A DNA stretch of 63,729 nt, the filler included, from Octopus bimaculoides (lineage: Eukaryota), in NCBI RefSeq assembly GCF_001194135.2. It is 9 parts of 9 records of this genome, joined end to end, with 100 filler letters (N's around TTAATTAATTAA, not from the genome) between each part and the next. Parts side by side here need not be neighbours in the genome. Positions count along the whole stretch, not along the records: positions 9,910 to 21,935 come from NW_026353263.1; positions 22,036 to 30,858 come from NC_068984.1; 7 more parts are not named here. One strand, 5' to 3'. Within the stretch, counting starts at the first letter, position 1, and each line of letters opens with the position of its first letter. The position numbers were made by a program, and so were the translations under genes. A model generated the notes under the pieces. The model worked only from the letters and a program-made list of their open reading frames with translations. It did not search any database and was not told the DNA's origin. This document shows positions 11,841-22,269 of the stretch, in pieces.

Positions 11841-12420
11841 GTAACCGTTAACTTAGTGTAATTTTATTTTATTTTACTTTAAGGTATGGATGACTTAAAT
11901 TTACTTTCAACCTCCCTGTTCTTCTAAACACAATTAAATATCTAACTCGCTTTGTAATTATGAGTGCACCTAACTTCGCGTGTGCTCACATTCTTGCTAA
12001 TGCTTGTATCAGCGTGTGTACTCATGTCATGCTACTTGCCTGAGGGTGTTTATACATCCATAGCGGTTAACGGTTCTTTTCAATACTTTTATCGCTGGAT
12101 TAAGTGTTTGTTTTTCTTTTTGTCTTCAGCAATTTTATTTTTGGTTCTTCTATATACATGAAGAATTTTCCTCCGTCTGGCTGTTTTTCTCTCTACAAAA
12201 TGGAAGGTTGCATTATGGAACAGTCATTTTAACAAGAATTTTGTATTTATCTATCACCCAACGAGATACGTCTGCACCACCGGATACCCCTGAACCAGTT
12301 GTTGTGTGTCCCAAAAGAGGAGTCGATGCTAGATGTGTTGAAACAATTGTTGAAATATTACATGTAATATTATAGCTCATAAGTTACCTCATCATTTCGC
12401 ATTTGTCTTGCTTTTATATG

Positions 12421-12515
12421 TTGATTCCCTGACGATGAATATATGTGGAATTCCAGCAGCTCTTACTTCTTTGGAGGAGGGCACACATATATTTTGAAAC
12501 ATGTGTAGGAATTAA
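12421..12515 (+). ncRNA. Type I hammerhead ribozyme with intact core and extended stem II
   Basis: TTGATTCC/GGAATTAA 8-bp stem I; CTGACGA (12429-35); 11-bp stem II GAATATATGTG/CACATATATTT; GAAAC (12496-12500); wobble-palindromic stem III ACATGTGT; GUA triplet with predicted cut after 12507. Confidence 0.85.
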
Positions 12516-13253
12516 AGGAACTTTTATTTATATGCGTTTTGCTCCATNNNNNNNNNNNNNNNNNNNNNNNNNNNNNNNNNNNNNNNNNNNNNNNNNNNNN
12601 NNNNNNNNNNNNNNNNNNNNNNNNNNNNNNNNNNNNNNNNNNNNNNNNNNNNNNNNNNNNNNNNNNNNNNNNNNNNNNNNNNNNNNNNNNNNNNNNNNNN
12701 NNNNNNNNNNNNNNNNNNNNNNNNNNNNNNNNNNNNNNNNNNNNNNNNNNNNNNNNNNNNNNNNNNNNNNNNNNNNNNNNNNNNNNNNNNNNNNNNNNNN
12801 NNNNNNNNNNNNNNNNNNNNNNNNNNNNNNNNNNNNNNNNNNNNNNNNNNNNNNNNNNNNNNNNNNNNNNNNNNNNNNNNNNNNNNNNNNNNNNNNNNNN
12901 NNNNNNNNNNNNNNNNNNNNNNNNNNNNNNNNNNNNNNNNNNNNNNNNNNNNNNNNNNNNNNNNNNNNNNNNNNNNNNNNNNNNNNNNNNNNNNNNNNNN
13001 NNNNNNNNNNNNNNNNNNNNNNNNNNNNNNNNNNNNNNNNNNNNNNNNNNNNNNNNNNNNNNNNNNNNNNNNNNNNNNNNNNNNNNNNNNNNNNNNNNNN
13101 NNNNNNNNNNNNNNNNNNNNNNNNNNNNNNNNNNNNNNNNNNNNNNNNNNNNNNNNNNNNNNNNNNNNNNNNNNNNNNNNNNNNNNNNNNNNNNNNNNNN
13201 NNNNNNNNNNNNNNNNNNNNNNNNTATACACATATATATGTTTATATATTAGA

Positions 13254-13802
13254 AAAAATAAGGTACTCAGAGATCTGGATGGTTGTACATTTACAGATTT
13301 TTATTAACATGTCACATGTTTTTATAAATCATATATTAGCGTTTGCATCTACTCTAGTAGACTCTTCAGATTAAATTTTTTTGAGAGAATTCGTCTCTTT
13401 TTAATGTATTATTGAGTGTGTTGGGGTGGAGAATGATATGTAGGATAGTAAAAGAGGGTGAGGAATGGGGAGAAAGTGAGAGAGAATGTGTGTGTTTTTG
13501 TGTGTGTGTGTTTTTGTGCTTGTGTATATTTAGTGCAAGGAGTGTCAATGGAAAAGAGATGGAAAGAAAGAAGGAAGAGAGAAAGAAGAAAAATGTGTTT
13601 ACATATATACAGCTGGTCAGTTCTTTCAATAGATGACAAGTTAATTCTTGGCCTTTAAAAATGGCAAAACCAGGTGGCTACTTTAAGTGGGGTCTTGTTT
13701 TGATAAAAGTTATTTTTTGAAAAAATGTTTGTCTGGATTTATTATCACTCTCATCATCATTGTCCAGTTTATATATATATATATCTGTGTGTGTGTGTGT
13801 GT

Positions 13803-13856
<54 letters not shown>

Positions 13857-16800
13857 NNNNNNNNNNNNNNNNNNNNNNNNNNNNNNNNNNNNNNNNNNNN
13901 NNNNNNNNNNNNNNNNNNNNNNNNNNNNNNNNNNNNNNNNNNNNNNNNNNNNNNNNNNNNNNNNNNNNNNNNNNNNNNNNNNNNNNNNNNNNNNNNNNNN
14001 NNNNNNNNNNNNNNNNNNNNNNNNNNNNNNNNNNNNNNNNNNNNNNNNNNNNNNNNNNNNNNNNNNNNNNNNNNNNNNNNNNNNNNNNNNNNNNNNNNNN
14101 NNNNNNNNNNNNNNNNNNNNNNNNNNNNNNNNNNNNNNNNNNNNNNNNNNNNNNNNNNNNNNNNNNNNNNNNNNNNNNNNNNNNNNNNNNNNNNNNNNNN
14201 NNNNNNNNNNNNNNNNNNNNNNNNNNNNNNNNNNNNNNNNNNNNNNNNNNNNNNNNNNNNNNNNNNNNNNNNNNNNNNNNNNNNNNNNNNNNNNNNNNNN
14301 NNNNNNNNNNNNNNNNNNNNNNNNNNNNNNNNNNNNNNNNNNNNNNNNNNNNNNNNNTAGGTGTGGGCATGTACCACAATTGGGTCGTCTGCATTTTTTA
14401 ACTGTTGGTATTTTATGTATTGAGTATAGTTTTGCATTTGTTAGGAGTCTCTTGAGTGATTTGTCTTGTCTTTTACATTTTAGTAATTTGTGTTTATTTA
14501 GGATGCTGTTCATTTTCGGGTCTTGAGTGAGTATAGGAAGATTTTGTATAATTGTGTTGTATGCTTCGTTGTTTCTAGGGTTGTGGGTTGATATGTATGG
14601 GAGTGATTTGAGGTGAGGTGTCGTGTTTTGTTTTGTTGTTCTTAGTGTGTTTGTGTCCAATTTCTTGGCATGTTCAATTCCATATTCTATAAGTGTAGCT
14701 GGGTATTGACGTTCGATGAGTGTTATTTTGAGTTCTTGCAATCGAAGTTCCCGAGTGGTTGTGTCAGATACAATCGTACAAATCCTTTTTGCTAGACTGA
14801 ATGGAATATTTATTTTGGTGTGTTTAGGATGGCATGAACTGAAAAGGAGATACTGCTTAGAGTCTGTTGGCTTGTAGTAAATGTCAGTTGCGATGTGATT
14901 GTTGGACTTTTTAAAAATCAAGATGTCCAGAAAAGGGAGCTGTTCCTTGCTATATTCCATCGTAAACTGGATGTTGGGATTAATACTGTTCAGTGTGAAT
15001 TTGAAAACCAGCAGATTATCATAGGCTTCATTCCAGATGATAAAACAATCGTCTAAATATCTTTTCCAGTTTTCTCTTATATAGTGGTGGAATGGTGGTC
15101 CAAATTTTTGGAATGAAAGTTCATACAAGGTAGATTCAAAGAAACCCATTATTAGGTTTGCCAGAATAGGCGCAGCTTTTGTACCCATCGCAATACCGCA
15201 TTTTTGGTGGTAGTACGTTGTATCGAATATGAAGTAATTGTTTTGAAGCATGAACTTCAGGGATTCAATGATAAATGTCTGGTTTATGCGGTCTGGTAGA
15301 GCTTCGGGGTGTTTTTCCAACCATAATTTTATTGCCTCTATTCCGTAGTCGTGTGGAATGTTGGTGTAGAGGTTGATGACATCGAAGGAAACTAACAGAG
15401 CTTCTTCGTTGGTGGTTTTTGGTAGGTGCTCTAGCATGTCCAGATCGTCTCTAATGAAACTTTTGATGTATTTGAGATAAGGCTTCGGTAATATGTCGAG
15501 AAAGTTGCTAAGGTGGTGTGTTTCACAGGCTGGACCAGCAATAATAGGCCTTAATTTTAAGTCTTCTAGTGTTGGAATATTTATGCACAGGCCTGGATTC
15601 ACTTTGCAAGCATTAGTGATTGCTTGAATCTTGTGAATTTTGGGGAGGCCATAGAAAAGGCTGGGTTTGCATTTGAAGTTGGTAATGTAGTCTTTTTCTT
15701 TTTCTGTTAGGCCTTTTCCATGTTTGAGTATTAGAGTTTCAAGATTTTTTAAAGTTTTTGCTGCCTGTAATTTGCAACTTTTTCATAGAAGGAGTCATTT
15801 TCTAGTATGGACAGTGCTAGCTTTTTGTAGTACTCTGTGTCCATCAATACTACAGCACTCCCTTTGTCTGCTTCTTTGATTGTCAGGTCTTTGTAATTTT
15901 TTAGTTGTAGTAGTTGCTTCCATTGTGTGTTGTTGAAATTGGGTACAATCTTTGATTTGTGGAAAGTGTGAGGAAAATTTTGGATACGGTTGCAGAAGTC
16001 ATCTAGTGTTTTATTCCTTCCTTTGGGTGGTAGATAGTTACTTTTGTTTCTCACTAGTGATTCATCTTCGTTGTTGTAGTTGTTAAGTGCTTCTGTCAAA
16101 CGAAGCTTTCTACAGAATTCTGCAATATTATCTTTAATTTCATTGATGTTGGGTCTTCGTGGGGTAGGTGTAAATTTTAATCCTTTAGCTAAAATATGGA
16201 TTTTTGTAGTGGAGATAGATTGATTATTGTGGGTTTCTCCCGTATGAAATGTTCCAGCGTGTGTCCCTGTGTCTCTCTAAAAAACGCTGTTTGTTGTAAT
16301 TGGGTTGGAGGAGATTCTTAGTGTTAGGGTTGTTATTGTGAGGGTATTGTTGTGTAGGTGGATTGGGTGGGATTGTGTGGTGTGTGTGTTTATGAATGAA
16401 TGAGCTGTAGGGATATTTGGTCCTGTATGGGATGCTGTGAAATTGTTCTCTTGGTCTAGTTGAGGGAGTTGTAGTTCTGAAAGTTGAATTCCTGTGTTGA
16501 GGAGTCGGGAGGATGCCCTGTCTGTTTGTAGCTTTTGGAGGGAAAGAATTGAAATAATAGTCGTTATTATTGTTATTAATATTATTATTATTATACCTAA
16601 TCCTGGGGTGTTTTCACTGGTGTTTCTTATTATTGGATAGTTGTTACTGGTACTTCTTAATAATGGGGGGTTCCTATTGTGAGGTTGGTGGTGACTGGCA
16701 TCCCAGTGGTGGGGTGGTTTCAGTGGATGTATTTGTTTTGGATTTTTTTTAGAAAAGGGTTGTCTGAGGTGTAGTCTTTTTTGAATTGACATTCGTAGTT

Positions 16801-17024
16801 AAGGAAAAAATTGATATTGTTTTCCCACCGTTGTAGGGAAATAATTTCTTTCGATTCACAGTCGTTTTTCCATAGTTTAATAACATTTTGTAGAAGTTGT
16901 TCATTGGCATGTATCGTGAATTCTGTGTTCATCTCATCATCGATCGTTTTATATTTTTGTTCATGATTCTGAGCTCTGAGTTTAAGTAATTCAATTTCTG
17001 TTCTTATTTTTTCTAATGTTAGTT
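13254..17024 (-). mobile_element. Penelope-like retroelement (Neptune-like), near full length, frameshifted
   Basis: PLE motifs in order: IINLS / ILAKGLKFTPTP, IKEADKGSAVV, FYGLPKIHK, RPIIAG, LVSFDVINLYTNIP, GIAMGTKAAP, RYLDD, LPFLDI, TDIYYKPTD, CRRPNCGTCPH; most of the endonuclease is in the N gap; degenerate HHR (CTGAAGAGTCTACTAGAGTAGATGCAAAC) at 13370-13342 in the 3' pseudo-LTR. Confidence 0.93.
14358..15760 (-). pseudogene. Open ~467-codon segment of the PLE ORF (RT, thumb, Zn-knuckle linker)
   Basis: Stop-free frame from AKTLKNLETL through YLDD to CGTCPHL; upstream frameshifts near 15765, 16210 and 16750. Confidence 0.9.
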
Positions 17025-17418
17025 TNNNNNNNNNNNNNNNNNNNNNNNNNNNNNNNNNNNNNNNNNNNNNNNNNNNNNNNNNNNNNNNNNNNNNNNNNNN
17101 NNNNNNNNNNNNNNNNNNNNNNNNNNNNNNNNNNNNNNNNNNNNNNNNNNNNNNNNNNNNNNNNNNNNNNNNNNNNNNNNNNNNNNNNNNNNNNNNNNNN
17201 NNNNNNNNNNNNNNNNNNNNNNNNNNNNNNNNNNNNNNNNNNNNNNNNNNNNNNNNNNNNNNNNNNNNNNNNNNNNNNNNNNNNNNNNNNNNNNNNNNNN
17301 NNNNNNNNNNNNNNNNNNNNNNNNNNNNNNNNNNNNNNNNNNNNNNNNNNNNNNNNNNNNNNNNNNNNNNNNNNNNNNNNNNNNNNNNNNNNNNNNNNNN
17401 NNNNNNNNNNNNNNNNNN

Positions 17419-17614
17419 GCTGGTTTGTGCTGGTGGCATGTAAAGGCACCCACTACACTCTCGGAGTGGTTGGCATTAGGAAGGGCATCCAGCTGTAGAA
17501 ACTCTGTCAGATCAGATTGGAGCCTGGTGCAGCCTTCTGGCTTGCCAGTCCTCAGTCAAATCATCCAACCCATGCTAGCATGGAAAGCGGATGTTAAACG
17601 ATGATGATGATGAT
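17419..17614 (+). mobile_element. SINE 3' half with RTE-like tail ending (GAT)n
   Basis: GGAGTGGTTGGCATTAGGAAGGGCATCCAGC...CCAACCCATGCTAGCATGGAAAGCGGATGTTAAACGATGATG; a similar tail occurs at 45285-45330. Confidence 0.7.
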
Positions 17615-17623
17615 AGATATATG

Positions 17624-17657
<34 letters not shown>

Positions 17658-17694
17658 TGTATGTATGTATGTGTGTATGTATGTATGTTTTTAT

Positions 17695-17832
17695 GACAGG
17701 CTTCTTTCAGTTTCTGTCTACCAAATCTACTCATAAGGTTTTGGTTGGCCCAGTAGAAAACAGTTGCCCAGTTGGACAGAACTCGGAACCAAGTGATTTA
17801 GAAGCAAATTTCTAATCACAGAGCCACACCTA
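17695..17832 (-). mobile_element. tRNA-derived SINE head (same family as 3854-4455)
   Basis: GGCTTCTTTCAGTTTCTGTCTACCAAATCTACTCATAAGGTTTTGG is nearly identical to 4307-4352. Confidence 0.75.
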
Positions 17833-18544
17833 CAACTCATAGATCAAGATCTATGAAAAAGAAAAAAAAACATGCCTTGCCACAAAAGAAAAGTTACAAA
17901 CAACCCCCTGGAGAAATCCCTCAGTATTTATCACATCGTCCATTGGTCAGTGGTCTCCTGTAGTTTCCATTTGTGAGGTTTAATGAGAAAACCCCTGAGC
18001 TGTGGGTCCTCTCCTTTGAGAATGCATGTAAGGTTTACTTTGATGATATTTTGACTGAAAAGTTCAGTGATTAATTCCAAGACAATAATATCATAGATCT
18101 TTTATTATCTTCTATTCTCTACTTGTATATATATGCGTGTGTGTGTGTGTATGCATGCATGCATGTATATATGTATGTATGTGTGTGTGAGTTACTGTTT
18201 GCCTGCCTTGATGTTGCATGGTAGTCATAAGTGAATGTCTCAGCCATACAAGTGATATCCTTTTTTCCCAACCTCCTTTGAAAATATGTCTGGCCATAGG
18301 GATCTGCCTCATCAAAATTCTGACACATGCAAGTTTGGAAAACAATGGATGTTAAAAACGATGATGAAAAGCGATGATAATTGCTTTCAACAAGCCTTGA
18401 TGACACACCATTCACCAGTCTGTCTCCTCCTTTGAGAAGGCATGTAAGATTGATCTTAAAAAACATCTGGAAATTAAGGGCTGTCACACAAAGACAGGAA
18501 ATCCAGAGTGGTGTTTTCCTGATGGAAGCCGCCAGAGTGGCTAT

Positions 18545-19070
18545 GTTTAATAATAATAATAATGAAATGATTGTATACAGTCCTTAGGTGCACTACAACT
18601 TGTCAAAAGTGCGCATAAAGCATCTGCAGTATTGTACAAATGTCTGGAAAGTGAACAGTGTATGAGTCAGATACATGCTTGCGTGTGTATGGAGGGGAGA
18701 AAATCAGGTGTAGTGTTGGCGAATCTCAGGAAGCATGGAAGTTTTGAAGGATGCAGTGCTCCGACAACTAACAACTGATGCTGGCAGATTGTTCCATTCT
18801 TCAGCAACTCTTAGCGTGAAAAAGTGTTTCCGAAAGTCATGGGAGCTGTGCTGTTTTCTGACTTTGTAAACATGTCCACGGGTGTTAGACAGGTGGAATT
18901 TGAAAAGGTGCTCAGAGTTATTGTTAGTAAGATGGGTAATAATTTTATGGGCGTCTGCCAAGTCAGCCGCCAGATGTCGGAGTTTCAATGTATCCCTGCC
19001 CACGGAAGTAAGGCGCTCAGAATATGGCAAATGCCTGATGGAGGGTATTCTCTTGGTTGCACATCACTAA
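18545..19070 (-). mobile_element. 5'-truncated CR1-type LINE
   Basis: PYSERL...LKLRHLAADL...HKII...NTRGHVYKV...RKHFFTLRVAEEWNNLPASVV...SFK; 3' UTR ends in (ATT)n. Confidence 0.9.
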
Positions 19071-19412
19071 ACAGTTTCCAGATGATTAATATCCTGGACA
19101 AGATAGGGGTTCCAGACCGGAGACGCAAATTCCAGGTGAGGCCACACCATAGCTATATAAAGCCTCAAATAGATAGCCAGAGAGTGGCTCACAAAGGACT
19201 TGGTAAGTCTTGACATACGTTAGTCTTGACAGCCATTAGAGAGTTTGAAATATAATGGAATACATGAATATCCTGTCCAGTAACTAAACGTTGCCCTTAG
19301 AATCTGATGATGATCATCTGCTTCATTTGAAGATCCTTTGATGTCTACACATTCTGGTCTTTGATGTGCAGCTTTGGATGCAAACAGAAGACATGTATAC
19401 ATTTGGTTAGAG

Positions 19413-20000
19413 AGGCCAGATGTAAATCTATATGCATCTCTCTGGTTTCAGTTCTCCAGGTAATTCTGTGTCTGTTTGTCTTCCATATCTTCCATCACCT
19501 TCCAACACTGTGACCAATAAAGTATGACAGGCCTGATGCAAATCTATATGCATTTCTTTGGTTTCACTTCTCCTGATAATGCTGTGTTTGTTTGTCTTTC
19601 ATCATCTTCCAATACTACAGCCACCAAAGTATGGCAGGCCAAATGTAAATCTACAATCAAGCCTCTGGTCTCACTCCGAGTAGTTCTGTGTCCATTAGTC
19701 TTCCATATTTTCCACCACCTTCTGACACTAAGATCATAAAAGTATGGAGGCCTGATATAGATCTATATGCATACCTCTGGTCTTACTCCTGGTAGCTCTG
19801 TGTCCATTAGTCTTCCATATCTTCCATCATCTTTCAACATTACAGTCATCAAGGTATGGAGGCCTGATATAAATCTACATGCATGCTCCTGGTCTCATTC
19901 CTAGGAATTCTGTGTCTGTTAATCTTGCATATCTTCCATCACCTTTTGACACCATGACCATCAAAGTATGGCAGGCCAGATATAAATCTATAAGCTTGCC
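19413..20000. repeat. Diverged ~112-bp minisatellite, ~5.3 units
   Basis: AGGCC...AAATCTA anchor recurs at 19413, 19529, 19636, 19748, 19860, 19973 (periods 116, 107, 112, 112, 113). Confidence 0.88.
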
Positions 20001-20029
20001 TCCTTCACTTGTGGCAATGCTGTCTGCCT

Positions 20030-20260
20030 GTTGTCCACATTTCCAGCCACCTCCCAACACAAAGACCCTTCTTCCGACCAAAGTGAATGACAGGTAGCGA
20101 TGTCCTCCACTATTGAAGGACTGACATTACATCTCCTTTTCAAAATGGCCTTCAGCTGGTCTTTGAACCACTTCAGTTGCCCAGCAGCAAGGCTCTGATC
20201 ATGGTGTGGTTGGCCGTAGAGGATCCTACAAGTGAAACACAAACCAAACATGGATGCTAC
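20030..20260 (-). mobile_element. RTE-clade LINE C-terminal remnant
   Basis: ILYGQP...AAGQLKWFKDQLKAILKRRCNVSPSIVEDIATCHSLW resembles the RTE motif LYGEL...GGQKKRFKDQLK...WEDxAxDRSxW. Confidence 0.75.
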
Positions 20261-20589
20261 ATTCCTGAGTCACTTCAGTTGATTCCAGTAAAGAGGAGAT
20301 TCCCTGTTGTTGATGTTGGTTCAATGGAGGATTTGTCTGTGTGAGTGTTACCCTATCTCACTAGGTGACTGAACAGACCTTCTGGAGACACTGGACGTTA
20401 AAGGTCTCCTTCTGTTTAGGCCCACAAAAGATATGAAACACATAATGCCAGGGAGACTAGGACTTTTATAAATTTAAAATACTCTATGTAGTCTCATATC
20501 ATTTATTTTTTACCTGTTTGAGTCATTAGACTGTGGACATGCTGTGGCACCACCTTAAAGTTCGTTCAAGGCTTGGCCCCCATGCCATC

Positions 20590-20910
20590 CGTCCACTACA
20601 GAAATGTTCGTGTCGTATCAAAACACTATGACAGAACTATTTCACCTCAATTGGCCCTGCTCTCTTCAACATTGTGCCAGACACACATAAAGGAGGAAAG
20701 TGACTTCACAGCATTCAAACGCTCCCTAGATGATAACCCCCAACAAATACCAGATAAACCACCCACACCCAGATATGTCTCTGAAAACAATAACCCTCTG
20801 CTTGAATGGGCTACGGTTCCCCAGAGCTGACTGTGTATCTCTTTCAGGTAGTGCTATTAAATTAGTCATGGCTTCAGTCAACTTCGGCCGAAACCTATCT
20901 AAGTAATCTA
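20590..20910 (+). mobile_element. CR1-type LINE 3' end (second family)
   Basis: HIKEESDFTAFKRSLD...QIPDKPPTPRYVSENNNPLLEW; UTR ends GGCCGAAACCTATCTAAGTAATCTAATCTA. Confidence 0.75.
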
Positions 20911-21935
20911 ATCTACGCTGTAACCTATTAATCAAAGCATGACAACGTGAGTAGAGGCTGATNNNNNNNNNNNNNNNNNNNNNNNNNNNNNNNNNNNNNN
21001 NNNNNNNNNNNNNNNNNNNNNNNNNNNNNNNNNNNNNNNNNNNNNNNNNNNNNNNNNNNNNNNNNNNNNNNNNNNNNNNNNNNNNNNNNNNNNNNNNNNN
21101 NNNNNNNNNNNNNNNNNNNNNNNNNNNNNNNNNNNNNNNNNNNNNNNNNNNNNNNNNNNNNNNNNNNNNNNNNNNNNNNNNNNNNNNNNNNNNNNNNNNN
21201 NNNNNNNNNNNNNNNNNNNNNNNNNNNNNNNNNNNNNNNNNNNNNNNNNNNNNNNNNNNNNNNNNNNNNNNNNNNNNNNNNNNNNNNNNNNNNNNNNNNN
21301 NNNNNNNNNNNNNNNNNNNNNNNNNNNNNNNNNNNNNNNNNNNNNNNNNNNNNNNNNNNNNNNNNNNNNNNNNNNNNNNNNNNNNNNNNNNNNNNNNNNN
21401 NNNNNNNNNNNNNNNNNNNNNNNNNNNNNNNNNNNNNNNNNNNNNNNNNNNNNNNNNNNNNNNNNNNNNNNNNNNNNNNNNNNNNNNNNNNNNNNNNNNN
21501 NNNNNNNNNNNNNNNNNNNNNNNNNNNNNNNNNNNNNNNNNNNNNNNNNNNNNNNNNNNNNNNNNNNNNNNNNNNNNNNNNNNNNNNNNNNNNNNNNNNN
21601 NNNNNNNNNNNNNNNNNNNNNNNNNNNNNNNNNNNNTTATTTCTTCTTTTTTTATAAAAAAACTCCGAAATTAGAAAAATCAAAAATCTGCCACAATCTC
21701 GGTCCCATGAGTATCGGATAATGGATTTTTAACTGTGTAAAGAAACTGATTGTGGTGATTGTAGTTTTGATGGTGACTGTGATGAAAGCAGATGCAGTGT
21801 TTATGGTGATGATGATGGTTGAGATAAGTATGGGAGGAGGATAAAAAAAGTATTGATGGTTATAATGGCAACAGGAGCGGTTCAGATAATTCCTGTTTTT
21901 AAAGGTTCTTTTTTAAAAATCATATGGCTATGTTA

Positions 21936-22035
21936 NNNNNNNNNNNNNNNNNNNNNNNNNNNNNNNNNNNNNNNNNNNNTTAATTAATTAANNNNNNNNN
22001 NNNNNNNNNNNNNNNNNNNNNNNNNNNNNNNNNNN
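21936..22035. other. Artificial scaffold-join spacer
   Basis: 44 N + TTAATTAATTAA + 44 N. Confidence 0.95.
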
Positions 22036-22072
<37 letters not shown>

Positions 22073-22201
22073 GTATATATTTATATATGTGTGTGTGTGT
22101 ATGTATGTACGTATGTATATGTATATGTCATATACGTGTGTTTATGTCTATGCATATATATGTACATGCATACACAAATATACATATACATATACACGCA
22201 T

Positions 22202-22269
<68 letters not shown>

